DNA of 17,533 nt from Nitrososphaeraceae archaeon (GTDB lineage Archaea; Thermoproteota; Nitrososphaeria; Nitrososphaerales; Nitrososphaeraceae). How positions within the stretch are numbered: position 1 is the first letter of the stretch; the number at the start of each line of letters is the position of its first letter. The stretch lies in assembly GCA_035250975.1 (NCBI GenBank), contig DATFEP010000046.1, positions 1 through 17,533 of the forward strand, read 5' to 3'. The position numbers and the translations under genes were made by a program. The notes below the pieces were generated by a model, which was not told the origin of the DNA, ran no database searches, and was given only the letters and a program-made list of their open reading frames with translations. Shown in pieces: positions 8,206 to 17,049 of this stretch.

Positions 8206-10263
8206 TTATACCAGAAATTTATCACGCCTTTGAATATGATTCTCTTTGTTTTTCGCATCATTATCAAAATCAAATATACCATTCTGCCAAGTAAATTCTC
8301 TAAATATCTGTCTTTTCTTTATATTATGCTGTTGTTCAGTTTTTAGTAATAATGATAATATCTTCACCGCTTCCACTATAAACTTGCCTTTGTTTAGCAT
8401 TACGCATTCGGCCCTATGACCTCTTGCGGCATCAGTTATTTCAGCCCTTGTAGGTAGACCACTCTTAGCTAATGTTTCAAGAACTTGTGTAGCCAAAATA
8501 ACAGGAACGTGTGCAGCTTCACATAAACACAAGATATCCTCTTGAATTAGAGACAAATTTTCAAATCCCATTTCTACAGCAAGGTCCCCTCTTGCAATTA
8601 ATACACCAAATTTAGGCAAGGAAAGTCCGGTTAAAAGAATTTTTCCTAAATTGTGAACAGCATTACGATTTTCTATTTTTGCTATTACTCCAAAATCAGT
8701 ATTTCCCAGTTTTACCAACTCATCATACAAATTTCTTACATCTTCAGGAGAATGCGCAAAGGATATTCCTACTGCAGTTGCATTTTTCACAATAAATTTT
8801 AGATCTTTAATATCTTGGGATGTTATAGCAGGAATATCTAAATTTGAATCGGGAAAATTCAATCCCTTCTCTGATTGAATCTTTGCAGTCTTATCTGATG
8901 GATATGTTATTTCTAATTCTAAATATTGATCGTTAGTGGATATTACTTTAGCATCAATTTTTCCATCATCTATTAAGACTCTATGACCTATCTCCACTTT
9001 GCTTAAAACTTCTGGCATTGTACAACTAATTCTACCATAACCCTCGAAAAGATTCGAGTTTTCGTTAAATTCTTTCTTATTGATCAAAATTTTATCACCT
9101 GCCTTTACTTCAAGATCTATCGGATGTGGTTTAATTGTGCCAATGACAATACCTCGCTGAATTTCTCTAGGATATGGACACAGGTTAGTATTGTCTTCTT
9201 TGTTTTTGATGTAGAATTTGTTAACAAAATATTTCTCTCTATGTATAATTAAACCTTCATCCAGATATACTGATTTGTCTATTCCAACACGTGTTCGGGT
9301 TTTACTTACCTTTTCGAGAACAGTCATCATTCGATATTTTCCCCGAGAATCATAAAATAATAATCTCTCTCCTACCTCAAGTTCAGTTAATTCTTGCTTT
9401 CCATCTGATACAGAAATTACAAAACTTTCAGGAACGCCTATCAAATTTGTTCTTTCAGTATATTCTGCCTCACAATCGAAAAATCCCTCAACCAATTTAA
9501 CGGATCTTCCGTATGTGTCCTTCGGAACAGTAATTTTTAAAGGACCTGTTCCTAAACTCGTCTGTTTTATTCTGATTTTGGGTCCGGCTAAATCCATAAC
9601 AATTCTGCATTTTCTACCAACACCATGACCGCTCTGAATCAACCTATCCTCGGTATTTCTGATAGATTCTATTATCATTTTCCAGTTTTGTTCTGTATCA
9701 TAAGCACAGTTTATTCTTGCAATATCCATTCCGTTCTTTAGTAACTCCTCTAGTAATTGCGGCTGGTGAGCTATGCCAATATCTACAGTCACCATTATAC
9801 GAGTTGTTCTATTATCTCTGGGACGGCCTAATAATAATCGACTACGGTTTGTAATTATTACTTGAGCATCATCTTGATTTATTTTCTCCAGAGTTGTATT
9901 AGAATTGATAACGTATCCATAATGTTTCAAAATTTGTTCTATACTAATTAGTACATGATCTTCTAATCTTCCTAAAGAAGAAAGACCATCCTCAGCCAAT
10001 CTTAGTTGAAGTTGTTCTATGTTTCTTTTTCTTAAAACAAGATAACACAATAGGTTGTCACAGCATTTGTTCTTTGACTGAAAATTACTGTCATTTATCT
10101 TGAAATATTCTTTTATTTTTTCAGACTCATTGATTATACCATTATATAATAAATATAGATCCCTTCCTAACTTTCTCTGTTCATTAGTGAGGGAGATTGA
10201 TTGAATATCATCTGTATAATCGTTATTTGTGGCTAGATTCATTTTTGTTCCACTGTAAAACAA
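8206..10263 (-). CDS. pyk: Atypical long pyruvate kinase family protein
   Basis: TRIMVT, GMDIARINC, DLAGPKIR, IDDGKI, KGLNFP, IAKIE, IARGDLAVE, ATQVLE, PTRAEITD, CVMLNKG. Has a ~150-aa N-terminal extension (YLVLR...GLSSLGRLE) and no C-terminal allosteric domain. Confidence 0.9.
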   Translation of the reverse strand: MFYSGTKMNLATNNDYTDDIQSISLTNEQRKLGRDLYLLYNGIINESEKIKEYFKINDSNFQSKNKCCDNLLCYLVLRKRNIEQLQLRLAEDGLSSLGRLEDHVLISIEQILKHYGYVINSNTTLEKINQDDAQVIITNRSRLLLGRPRDNRTTRIMVTVDIGIAHQPQLLEELLKNGMDIARINCAYDTEQNWKMIIESIRNTEDRLIQSGHGVGRKCRIVMDLAGPKIRIKQTSLGTGPLKITVPKDTYGRSVKLVEGFFDCEAEYTERTNLIGVPESFVISVSDGKQELTELEVGERLLFYDSRGKYRMMTVLEKVSKTRTRVGIDKSVYLDEGLIIHREKYFVNKFYIKNKEDNTNLCPYPREIQRGIVIGTIKPHPIDLEVKAGDKILINKKEFNENSNLFEGYGRISCTMPEVLSKVEIGHRVLIDDGKIDAKVISTNDQYLELEITYPSDKTAKIQSEKGLNFPDSNLDIPAITSQDIKDLKFIVKNATAVGISFAHSPEDVRNLYDELVKLGNTDFGVIAKIENRNAVHNLGKILLTGLSLPKFGVLIARGDLAVEMGFENLSLIQEDILCLCEAAHVPVILATQVLETLAKSGLPTRAEITDAARGHRAECVMLNKGKFIVEAVKILSLLLKTEQQHNIKKRQIFREFTWQNGIFDFDNDAKNKENHIQRRDKFLV

Positions 10264-10311
10264 TTAAATATTTATATTTTAAATAACCTTTCTTTAGTTT
10301 TATAAAATTCA

Positions 10312-10452
10312 TTAATGTTCTTTTTCGCTCTCTCTTCTGTCTATTAACGCTATAACAATATTATTACCTTCACGATCTTGTATTTGTATTTCTTTACCAG
10401 TAAACGATACACCTTCAGCTCCTTTTTTTATATGAGTATATTTTTTTTTCAT
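10312..10452 (-). CDS. Small hypothetical protein (46 aa), not in ORF track
   Basis: MKKKYTHIKKGAEGVSFTGKEIQIQDREGNNIVIALIDRRESEKEH*; ATG start, co-oriented, ends 48 bp before the pyk ORF. Confidence 0.35.
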   Translation of the reverse strand: MKKKYTHIKKGAEGVSFTGKEIQIQDREGNNIVIALIDRRESEKEH

Positions 10453-11095
10453 TTCTTTAGTATAAAATATTGGAAACTAATTTATTTAGTCTTATTCTAT
10501 TAAAACTATTTAGATCATTATAGGGAACCTGTTAACCACAATAGATGTTCCACTTCTATGCACTACTTTGTCGATCTTTTAGTTTAATGAGGCATGTACT
10601 GTATTGTTATTACTATATTTGATAAATGGAAAATGTCTTTTGAACTAAGAATTTGCATTATTTATTACGCTATCTCTATCTTTAGGAGTTGCAGGTTTCT
10701 GAATCCATACAAGACGTTTTATTCAATAAATTATGTAGTATAGCTAAAATCGTGGTTTGAGTTTGTTATGAAATTTGAGTTTTATCGATTGTATTTGGTC
10801 TTTTAGAACCATACGGTCAATCCACCTGCTACTTTGTGTGCCATTTCCAGTATATATAAAAAATCATCCGAAATACACCATATGTTTTATATGTCATCTA
10901 ATTTAGACGCACATATTTCTGTCGAAAACGGCGTCTTCTTATTTTTTTCTAAACCTCTTTATATTGTAAACGGGATAATAAGCCTCACTTTTATCTAGTT
11001 AAAGAGTGTACTTTAGTTATGCAATAATACAATGCCAAGCAGAGTGCATTTATAAAAAATATTAATAACAATAAATATAGTAGATATTATCAAAG

Positions 11096-11923
11096 TTGCT
11101 AACTCTATTACCATTTTTAATAAAACTACATCAAAGTATTGAAAGATTGAACCATAGAACCAATGCATATATTAAAAATTCTAATGAAAAAAATATCCAC
11201 GATGTAAGAACTTCTGTTAGAAGATTCAACTCGACATTTTTGTCATTACCTAAAAAATACAGAACCGGACCAATGTTACTATCTGAATATAATCAAATTG
11301 CAAATAAATTTTTTAAAATTAATAGTAAAATCAGAGATTACGATATTATCTTTGACATATTAAATAATTACCCACAAAACAGTCAGAGAGATCTAGTTAT
11401 TGATTCTATTAAAAAAGATAGACAATCAAATTTAGAAAAAGCAAAAACAATAGCAATTTCTCTAAAAGATCTCGGTGCTAATGAAGTTGTAGATAAAATG
11501 AATATTACAGAAAGGGAATTGCAGAAACGATATAATAAAGTTCTTTCAAACCTCATTTCAAAAATAGAATTAAACCTTCCTATTGTAATAACTAATGCTA
11601 AAAAAATAGAAGAATTACATCAATTGAGGAAAGACTGTAAAAAAATGAGATATATGTTGGAGTTATTACCGGAAGAAAACAGAGATGCAATAGAATTAAA
11701 AAAGATTTTTGAAAAAATTCAGGATCATCTTGGCTCTATTCACGACTTTGATATAACTATCAATTATTTACAATCATTGCAACCGAATAAAGAAATTCAA
11801 GAAATGATAAATACTGAAACAGAAAAAAGGAGATTGAAATATGAAGAATTTTTGAACTTTTCCAAAAGACGTTTACAGTTAACAAGAGATTCTTTCCTCA
11901 TAAGAATCAAGATCTTGAAATAA
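11096..11923 (+). CDS. CHAD domain protein (polyphosphate-binding)
   Basis: Two His/basic repeats IHDVRTSVRR and LHQLRKDCKKMRY, plus IRDYD and QDHLGSIHD; stand-alone all-helical domain. Confidence 0.92.
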   Translation: MLTLLPFLIKLHQSIERLNHRTNAYIKNSNEKNIHDVRTSVRRFNSTFLSLPKKYRTGPMLLSEYNQIANKFFKINSKIRDYDIIFDILNNYPQNSQRDLVIDSIKKDRQSNLEKAKTIAISLKDLGANEVVDKMNITERELQKRYNKVLSNLISKIELNLPIVITNAKKIEELHQLRKDCKKMRYMLELLPEENRDAIELKKIFEKIQDHLGSIHDFDITINYLQSLQPNKEIQEMINTETEKRRLKYEEFLNFSKRRLQLTRDSFLIRIKILK

Positions 11924-12213
11924 TGTCTATGACTATAATAATAATTTATTTTCCTTCATTATCTAGAGTATTAAAAAAGTGTCTACTATTACCCCAACTA
12001 GTTTATCGATGAATTAATGCTATCTCCTTTTTTAAAAGTATTCTTTAATCAAACTATATGGTCCCTACTATAGGTCATGTTCATAGAATATATGTTAAAT
12101 TTTTTATATTGTAATCTATTTAAAAAATTTGATATCTAAAAAATAAAATATAAAAGGTTTCTAAATAATAATCTTTATCTTTTATATACAAAATACATAT
12201 CTAGTAAGAAAAT

Positions 12214-12660
12214 TTGGCAATAGAATGGGATAGCTTAGTAATAGAAATGATACTTCTTGCAGGAATAATTTGGTTTGCAGTATACATTGAACATTGGGCA
12301 TATAAAAGGACTCAACAACAACAGGATAAAAAGACTAGAAATAATATTTTCCTATTCATCAAAGACGACCTTGAACATAGATTACGTTTTATAGAAGAAT
12401 CAATTAATTACAAAGATTATAAGCCTTTTTTTACTGATATGTGGGATGCTGTAATTCTATCTGGCAAACAATCTTTTCTCTCGTTTGAATTATTTCAAAA
12501 TATTCAAAGAACATATTCATGGATGAAATATTATAATAGTGAATTAGAAAATAATAAAAATAGTGTCTCAAAAGAAAAAATACTGGTAGAATTATTGGAA
12601 GATGTAAAAAAGTATATCAACAAATCTTTACATAGGATTCAGATTGAGGGAGAAAATTAA
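12214..12660 (+). CDS. Hypothetical protein with N-terminal membrane anchor
   Basis: 148 aa; hydrophobic LVIEMILLAGIIWFAVYI followed by a helical soluble region (FFTDMWDAV, YSWMKYYN). Confidence 0.75.
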   Translation: MAIEWDSLVIEMILLAGIIWFAVYIEHWAYKRTQQQQDKKTRNNIFLFIKDDLEHRLRFIEESINYKDYKPFFTDMWDAVILSGKQSFLSFELFQNIQRTYSWMKYYNSELENNKNSVSKEKILVELLEDVKKYINKSLHRIQIEGEN

Positions 12661-12943
12661 GAGAAAAAGAGTTACATTACTGATACCCACAAGCATAATG
12701 AAAATATCTCAAAAACATAAGGTAATCACAATGAATTCTTAACGTTCAAATTTAACAATAAAAACCAATTGTTTGACAAGAAAAATTTATGCAGTATTAT
12801 TGAAATGACTTTACTACTGGTGTCATAGACCTAATCGATCCAATTTAATTCATATTCATAATATTCATACCTTAATACAGAATGTTCTTGGTTCCAGAAT
12901 AAAGGCTCAAGATGTGTAAGAAAGGTTATTAGGATCCAATTTC

Positions 12944-14020
12944 TTAGAGTGTATCAAGGCTTAGATTAGGATTATCACTTTGGTTATCTGCAGATTTTTC
13001 TATACTAAATTTGTCCTTAATTTCGCCGTCATTTCCATAAAATTTCGCATCAAGTCGGTTTCCATTGTCTACAACTTTTATTTCCAAAAATCCATACTCT
13101 TCAAATTGCTCCGCATTAAAATAAGACTGATCGTCCAATTGGTGAAAATCCTTTCCTCCAGTACCAACTATTGCAAAAATAGTACCTTGGGAATCAACGT
13201 ACAAATCTTCTCCCGACCCTTCTCCTAAAACTGCTGCTTGGATAATTGTAGGTTTTGCCGGATTTTCATCATTATATAATAGTGGATAAGTTCTTTGATA
13301 ATTATGAAGATGTCCTTGTAATACTAAATCTACTCCAAATTTTTCAAAGAGACCGTGATAAGTATCCCTAAATGATTCTAATCCCTCGTGATTACTTTTG
13401 GAAGTATACATTGCCTGATGGAAATATATGATTATCCAGTCAATAGATGAATCAGTTTTTGTTTTTATTAAATCATCATGAACAAATTGAAATTGTTTTG
13501 ACCCCTCTTCATAAGGTGCTTCTGTAGACATTGCTATAAAATGGACATTGTTATGATTAAAAGAATAATACTGTTGATCAACATTTGTATAATCCATATA
13601 TTGTTTTGCTAATGATTGGCTCTCGAATTCGTGATTACCAAAAGATATTTTGAGTTTTTGAGGATCTATTTCTTCTACAATGTCCTTCCAACATTTCATA
13701 TTCTTCTGATAGGAATAATCTCCTAATCCCAATATTATGTCAGGATTTGTAGCTAGAATATTACTAGCAGTTTTTATTGCTTCTTTATTACAACTCCAGT
13801 CTCCTACTGCTGCAAAAGTGAAATCTTGCTCACCGAAGTCATTTGCTCCATGATCTTTTTTCTGCTCTATATTAACAGAATTATAAGAAACAAAAGAATT
13901 GTTAGGCATCTTCTCCGAATACGTTAATTTCGGACAAAAAATAATGGATATACTAGTTAACATTATAAAACACAATACTACTATTGATGTTGTACCTTTT
14001 TTCAAATTTATTAAACTCAT
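12944..14020 (-). CDS. Secreted or membrane-anchored calcineurin-like metallophosphoesterase (purple acid phosphatase-like)
   Basis: AAVGDW, GLGDYSY, FGNHE, YFH, QGHLHNYQR, VGTGG motifs; N-terminal basic plus hydrophobic signal/TM segment. Confidence 0.9.
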   Translation of the reverse strand: MSLINLKKGTTSIVVLCFIMLTSISIIFCPKLTYSEKMPNNSFVSYNSVNIEQKKDHGANDFGEQDFTFAAVGDWSCNKEAIKTASNILATNPDIILGLGDYSYQKNMKCWKDIVEEIDPQKLKISFGNHEFESQSLAKQYMDYTNVDQQYYSFNHNNVHFIAMSTEAPYEEGSKQFQFVHDDLIKTKTDSSIDWIIIYFHQAMYTSKSNHEGLESFRDTYHGLFEKFGVDLVLQGHLHNYQRTYPLLYNDENPAKPTIIQAAVLGEGSGEDLYVDSQGTIFAIVGTGGKDFHQLDDQSYFNAEQFEEYGFLEIKVVDNGNRLDAKFYGNDGEIKDKFSIEKSADNQSDNPNLSLDTL

Positions 14021-14326
14021 TATTTACTATAATCACTTGAATGGTAAAAAGGAAATCGATAGTATATGGTTTAGCAATATAAAGAACTCTATATTATGTA
14101 TAGAAGTCAAGTAATAATATAAAACATCCATAAAGATATTTACAAATAGAACTATCGTACTAGCAATAAGTCAGTATCATTGTTACTAGAACAATGGTCA
14201 CTGCCAATAATAACTTATACACTTAGAATATGGAGAAGAATATAGAGAATAGTAGAAACTATTATCAATCTAAATAAATTAGTATGTGGAATAAATAATG
14301 AGGAATACACATTGTAACCCTATGAA

Positions 14327-14367
14327 GTACGGAGTAAGTCTTGCGTTCGATTATGCTTGCTCCGTAT
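14327..14367 (+). other. 13-bp stem-loop (3 G.U pairs, 15-nt loop) in intergenic region
   Basis: GTACGGAGTAAGT-CTTGCGTTCGATTAT-GCTTGCTCCGTAT. Confidence 0.5.
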
Positions 14368-14616
14368 ATCTAAAATTTCTAAATGTATTTACGAGAGTGT
14401 TGTCGATTATATGAGAATATTTTATAGAACCGTAATAGAGAAATTTTTTACAAGCCTCCTTGATGCAGTAGCTTCAGATAATTTATAATTTTGTCCATAG
14501 TCATATATAGATCTCTATAATATATATTTATTATTTATATTTGACCACTTATTAGATACAGATCTTCAGAAAAAACCTGCACATTGTTTATATATCTACT
14601 TTTAAGTAATAAAATA

Positions 14617-14736
14617 ATGAATATGAAGAGTATTGCAATATCCATAACATTGGGCATTGTACTAATGAGTATTTTGTCATTGGGCAGTATCTACGCACTC
14701 AGGGATGAAGATGGCTTGACCATAACATTTTACTGA
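14617..14736 (+). CDS. 39-aa ORF consisting mostly of a signal peptide (small protein or truncated gene)
   Basis: MNMKSIAISITLGIVLMSILSLGSIYALRDEDGLTITFY*; TTTATATA box at 14587-14594 spaced as for a leaderless archaeal transcript. Confidence 0.4.
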   Translation: MNMKSIAISITLGIVLMSILSLGSIYALRDEDGLTITFY

Positions 14737-14833
14737 TAGCTCTAGTAGTATGTTTCTTTTCCAATCAATCAGTTTTTGTAGTAAATATTCGTGCTCATAT
14801 ATTGATATTGCAATTTTCTCTTCTCATAATATA

Positions 14834-15610
14834 TTAAGACACAAATGAGTTTTGGTATTTTTGAGTACGTGACTTATACCCATTATTCATTCTTGCGTTT
14901 GCAATCTTAAATTTTTCAGAATCTTTTTCTATACCTATGAATTTTCTCTTCATGTTAAAAGCAGCAATTCCAACAGTGCCTAATCCCATCATAGGATCCA
15001 ATACCGTTTGATATTCTATTGTAAGATTTTTTATGATATATTCTGCTTCAACTGAGGACTGTTCCCGGTCATCAGGTGTTTTAGGTAAAGGTTTAGCATC
15101 AATATGGTCTCCAATTGTATTAGATAAAGTCAAGTTATTTGTTTTGTCTCCTTTCACATACCATAGCATTGGATTCCATTCTACACAAACATTCCTTGGA
15201 TAGACTTTCGAATGATTTCGGGAATGCTTAACGCAAAAAATCCACCAGTATTTTAGATTATCATTATTGTCGTCAAATAGCCGTATAACGTGATCCAGAA
15301 TTACATGATCTACAAAAAAGACCAGACTACCTCCTGGTTTCAGTACTCTATCAGCTAGCCATGCTAGCCCCTCATAAATGGAAAGTGCTTCAAATCCGTA
15401 AGGTGGTTCCGTCAGAATGAGGTCGATAGAATTATCATCTATAATGTACTTCTCTTTTTCCATGAAATCTGCATGAATCAACCTGCAGTTACTTGATCCA
15501 TTATTATTATTGGCATCAATATTAGACAAGACAATTTTAACATCCTGGAGATACAAGCAAGCCATATCGTGTACATAGTTCGCTGAAATTATTTGTAATA
15601 TCATGAACAA
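14834..15610 (-). CDS. Orphan N6A/N4C DNA methyltransferase, beta-class order, variant motif IV
   Basis: SIDLILTEPPY (motif IV), RVLKPGG, VLDPMMGLGTVGIAA (motif I), RKFIGIE...IANAR. Start may be the ATG at 15565. Confidence 0.85.
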   Translation of the reverse strand: MFMILQIISANYVHDMACLYLQDVKIVLSNIDANNNNGSSNCRLIHADFMEKEKYIIDDNSIDLILTEPPYGFEALSIYEGLAWLADRVLKPGGSLVFFVDHVILDHVIRLFDDNNDNLKYWWIFCVKHSRNHSKVYPRNVCVEWNPMLWYVKGDKTNNLTLSNTIGDHIDAKPLPKTPDDREQSSVEAEYIIKNLTIEYQTVLDPMMGLGTVGIAAFNMKRKFIGIEKDSEKFKIANARMNNGYKSRTQKYQNSFVS

Positions 15611-16038
15611 AAAGATCGTACACTGATATTATTGCTAATGCTAAAAGAAACACTATAATCAATGCTATGACAGTGAATGTAACATAACTTTTGATTTTAA
15701 TTTTTTCTACATACATAGTTATAATTTTTCAGCAAGATACTCCTATTTACTCTTGTAGTACATAGTACACTGTCCATTATATTGATATAAGTTAATATCT
15801 ATAGATACCAGTTTTAGAATACAGCTTCATACTACTGCTAAATTGTAATTAAATTATAGTCTCATTACAATTGATTATCTTTTACAAACTTTTTCTATCT
15901 ATCATTCATTGCTTGCAAAGGCAAATTTCTTCTTAACTACTTTTCTCCTCTGGACTCGAATGTCCAAAAAGTATTTCTGTTATTCCAGTGAAAAAAGAAA
16001 TCAATTATTCTATTAGTTACTACTATATTGGATTGGTA

Positions 16039-16422
16039 TTGCAAAAATTCTTTAAATGGACGGGAGAGTAAAATTTAAGGATCAGATCGAAGAAAAAATA
16101 GAGGGTTAGGTAATTCTAATAAACAAATTCAATGTAGAATCAGACAAAGTTGAACAGTTTTTAAAGGATTGGGCAGAGTATGCTGCTAACTTTAAACAGC
16201 AACCCGGATTTATTTCTCCACAACTGCACAAAGGGATTGGAAAAAGTAGTATATTAATTAATTATCCTGTTTGGGAATCGATAGAACATTATAAAGAAGC
16301 GGTTAACAAAATATTTTAGTTCTGAAACACAATCGTCACTTTTAAAATATGATGATGATAATTTAGTAGTTTCACCACATTTATTCAAGAAGGTCCATGT
16401 TCCAGGAATATGTGTAGAGTAA
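16039..16422 (+). pseudogene. ABM (antibiotic biosynthesis monooxygenase / dimeric alpha-beta barrel) family pseudogene
   Basis: From ATG 16056: MDGRVKFKDQIEEKIEG*VILINKFNVESDKVEQFLKDWAEYAANFKQQPGFISPQLHKGIGKSSILINYPVWESIEHYKEAVNKIF, then a shift in the T4 run (16314-16317) to SSETQ...SPHLFKKVHVPGICVE*. In-frame TAG at 16107-16109. Possible out-of-frame original TTG at 16039. Confidence 0.85.
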
Positions 16423-16559
16423 TAATATAAAATAATTTGCCACAATGATAAAAAAAATTAACAATCATATAGTCTAAATACCAAAGAAAATCTCTATTGA
16501 CGTACAAGTTTTACAACAATCAATTTTAAAGTTATCTTAAACGAAAGAATACTATCCAC

Positions 16560-16787
16560 ATGGAAACCAGAAGAAAAAGAACTTTTTTTGAATGGTGGAA
16601 TAGTATTCCAGATGAGTTAAAAAAAGAAGCTGATTTCAACTCTAACAATGAAAATAGTAAAAAAATGGTAAATAGCATTAACTATATTTTGTTAAAAGCT
16701 GATGTATCTAGAATGAATCATATAAAGCCCAGGATTGAAGAATTAAAATACTGGATTCATACTGGACAAATTAAAAATTTATCTTGA
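16560..16787 (+). CDS. Small hypothetical protein (75 aa)
   Basis: ATG start, protein-like composition (TFFEWWNSIP...KPRIEELKYWIHTGQI). Confidence 0.65.
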   Translation: METRRKRTFFEWWNSIPDELKKEADFNSNNENSKKMVNSINYILLKADVSRMNHIKPRIEELKYWIHTGQIKNLS

Positions 16788-16872
16788 CCTAATTTTATAT
16801 AGTCTATATTAAATATAGCCGATAGGTTAACGTAGTTTCAGACCATATTTAGATAATAGGAGATAATTAAAA

Positions 16873-17049
16873 ATGTCTAATAAACAAACTGTTAGCATAA
16901 CTAAAAATTATTATGACAAATATAATTGTAAATTTGCATTTTGTGAATCATGTTGTTGGTTTGCTACTATTTTAATAAATAAATTCAATATTAATCATTG
17001 CTATAACTGTAAAAAAAAAGATATTCATATGCAAACAATATTAATTTAA
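16873..17049 (+). CDS. Small zinc-ribbon-like protein (58 aa), not in ORF track
   Basis: MSNKQ...FAFCESCCWFATILINKFNINHCYNCKKKDIHMQTILI*; two CxxC pairs; GGAGA at 16859-16863. Confidence 0.6.
   Translation: MSNKQTVSITKNYYDKYNCKFAFCESCCWFATILINKFNINHCYNCKKKDIHMQTILI

Noticed and set aside
7649-9500. Plus-strand ORFs 7649-7927 and 9291-9500
   Set aside because: Antisense to the CYTH-like and pyk genes.
10905-10936. AGACGC...GCGTCT inverted repeat followed by a T-rich tract
   Set aside because: A 6-bp stem with a 20-nt spacer is plausible by chance; no gene ends just upstream.
12980-14114. Plus-strand ORFs 12980-13228 and 13899-14114
   Set aside because: Antisense to the metallophosphoesterase; composition typical of shadow frames.
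14341-14356. GTTCGA resembling a tRNA T-loop
   Set aside because: No G53-C61 closure and no acceptor, D or anticodon arms.
16107-16109. In-frame TAG as pyrrolysine or readthrough
   Set aside because: The same gene also has a frameshift, and no pyl genes are in the window.
16254-16445. Minus-strand 63-aa ORF
   Set aside because: Antisense to the ABM pseudogene, which explains the region better.
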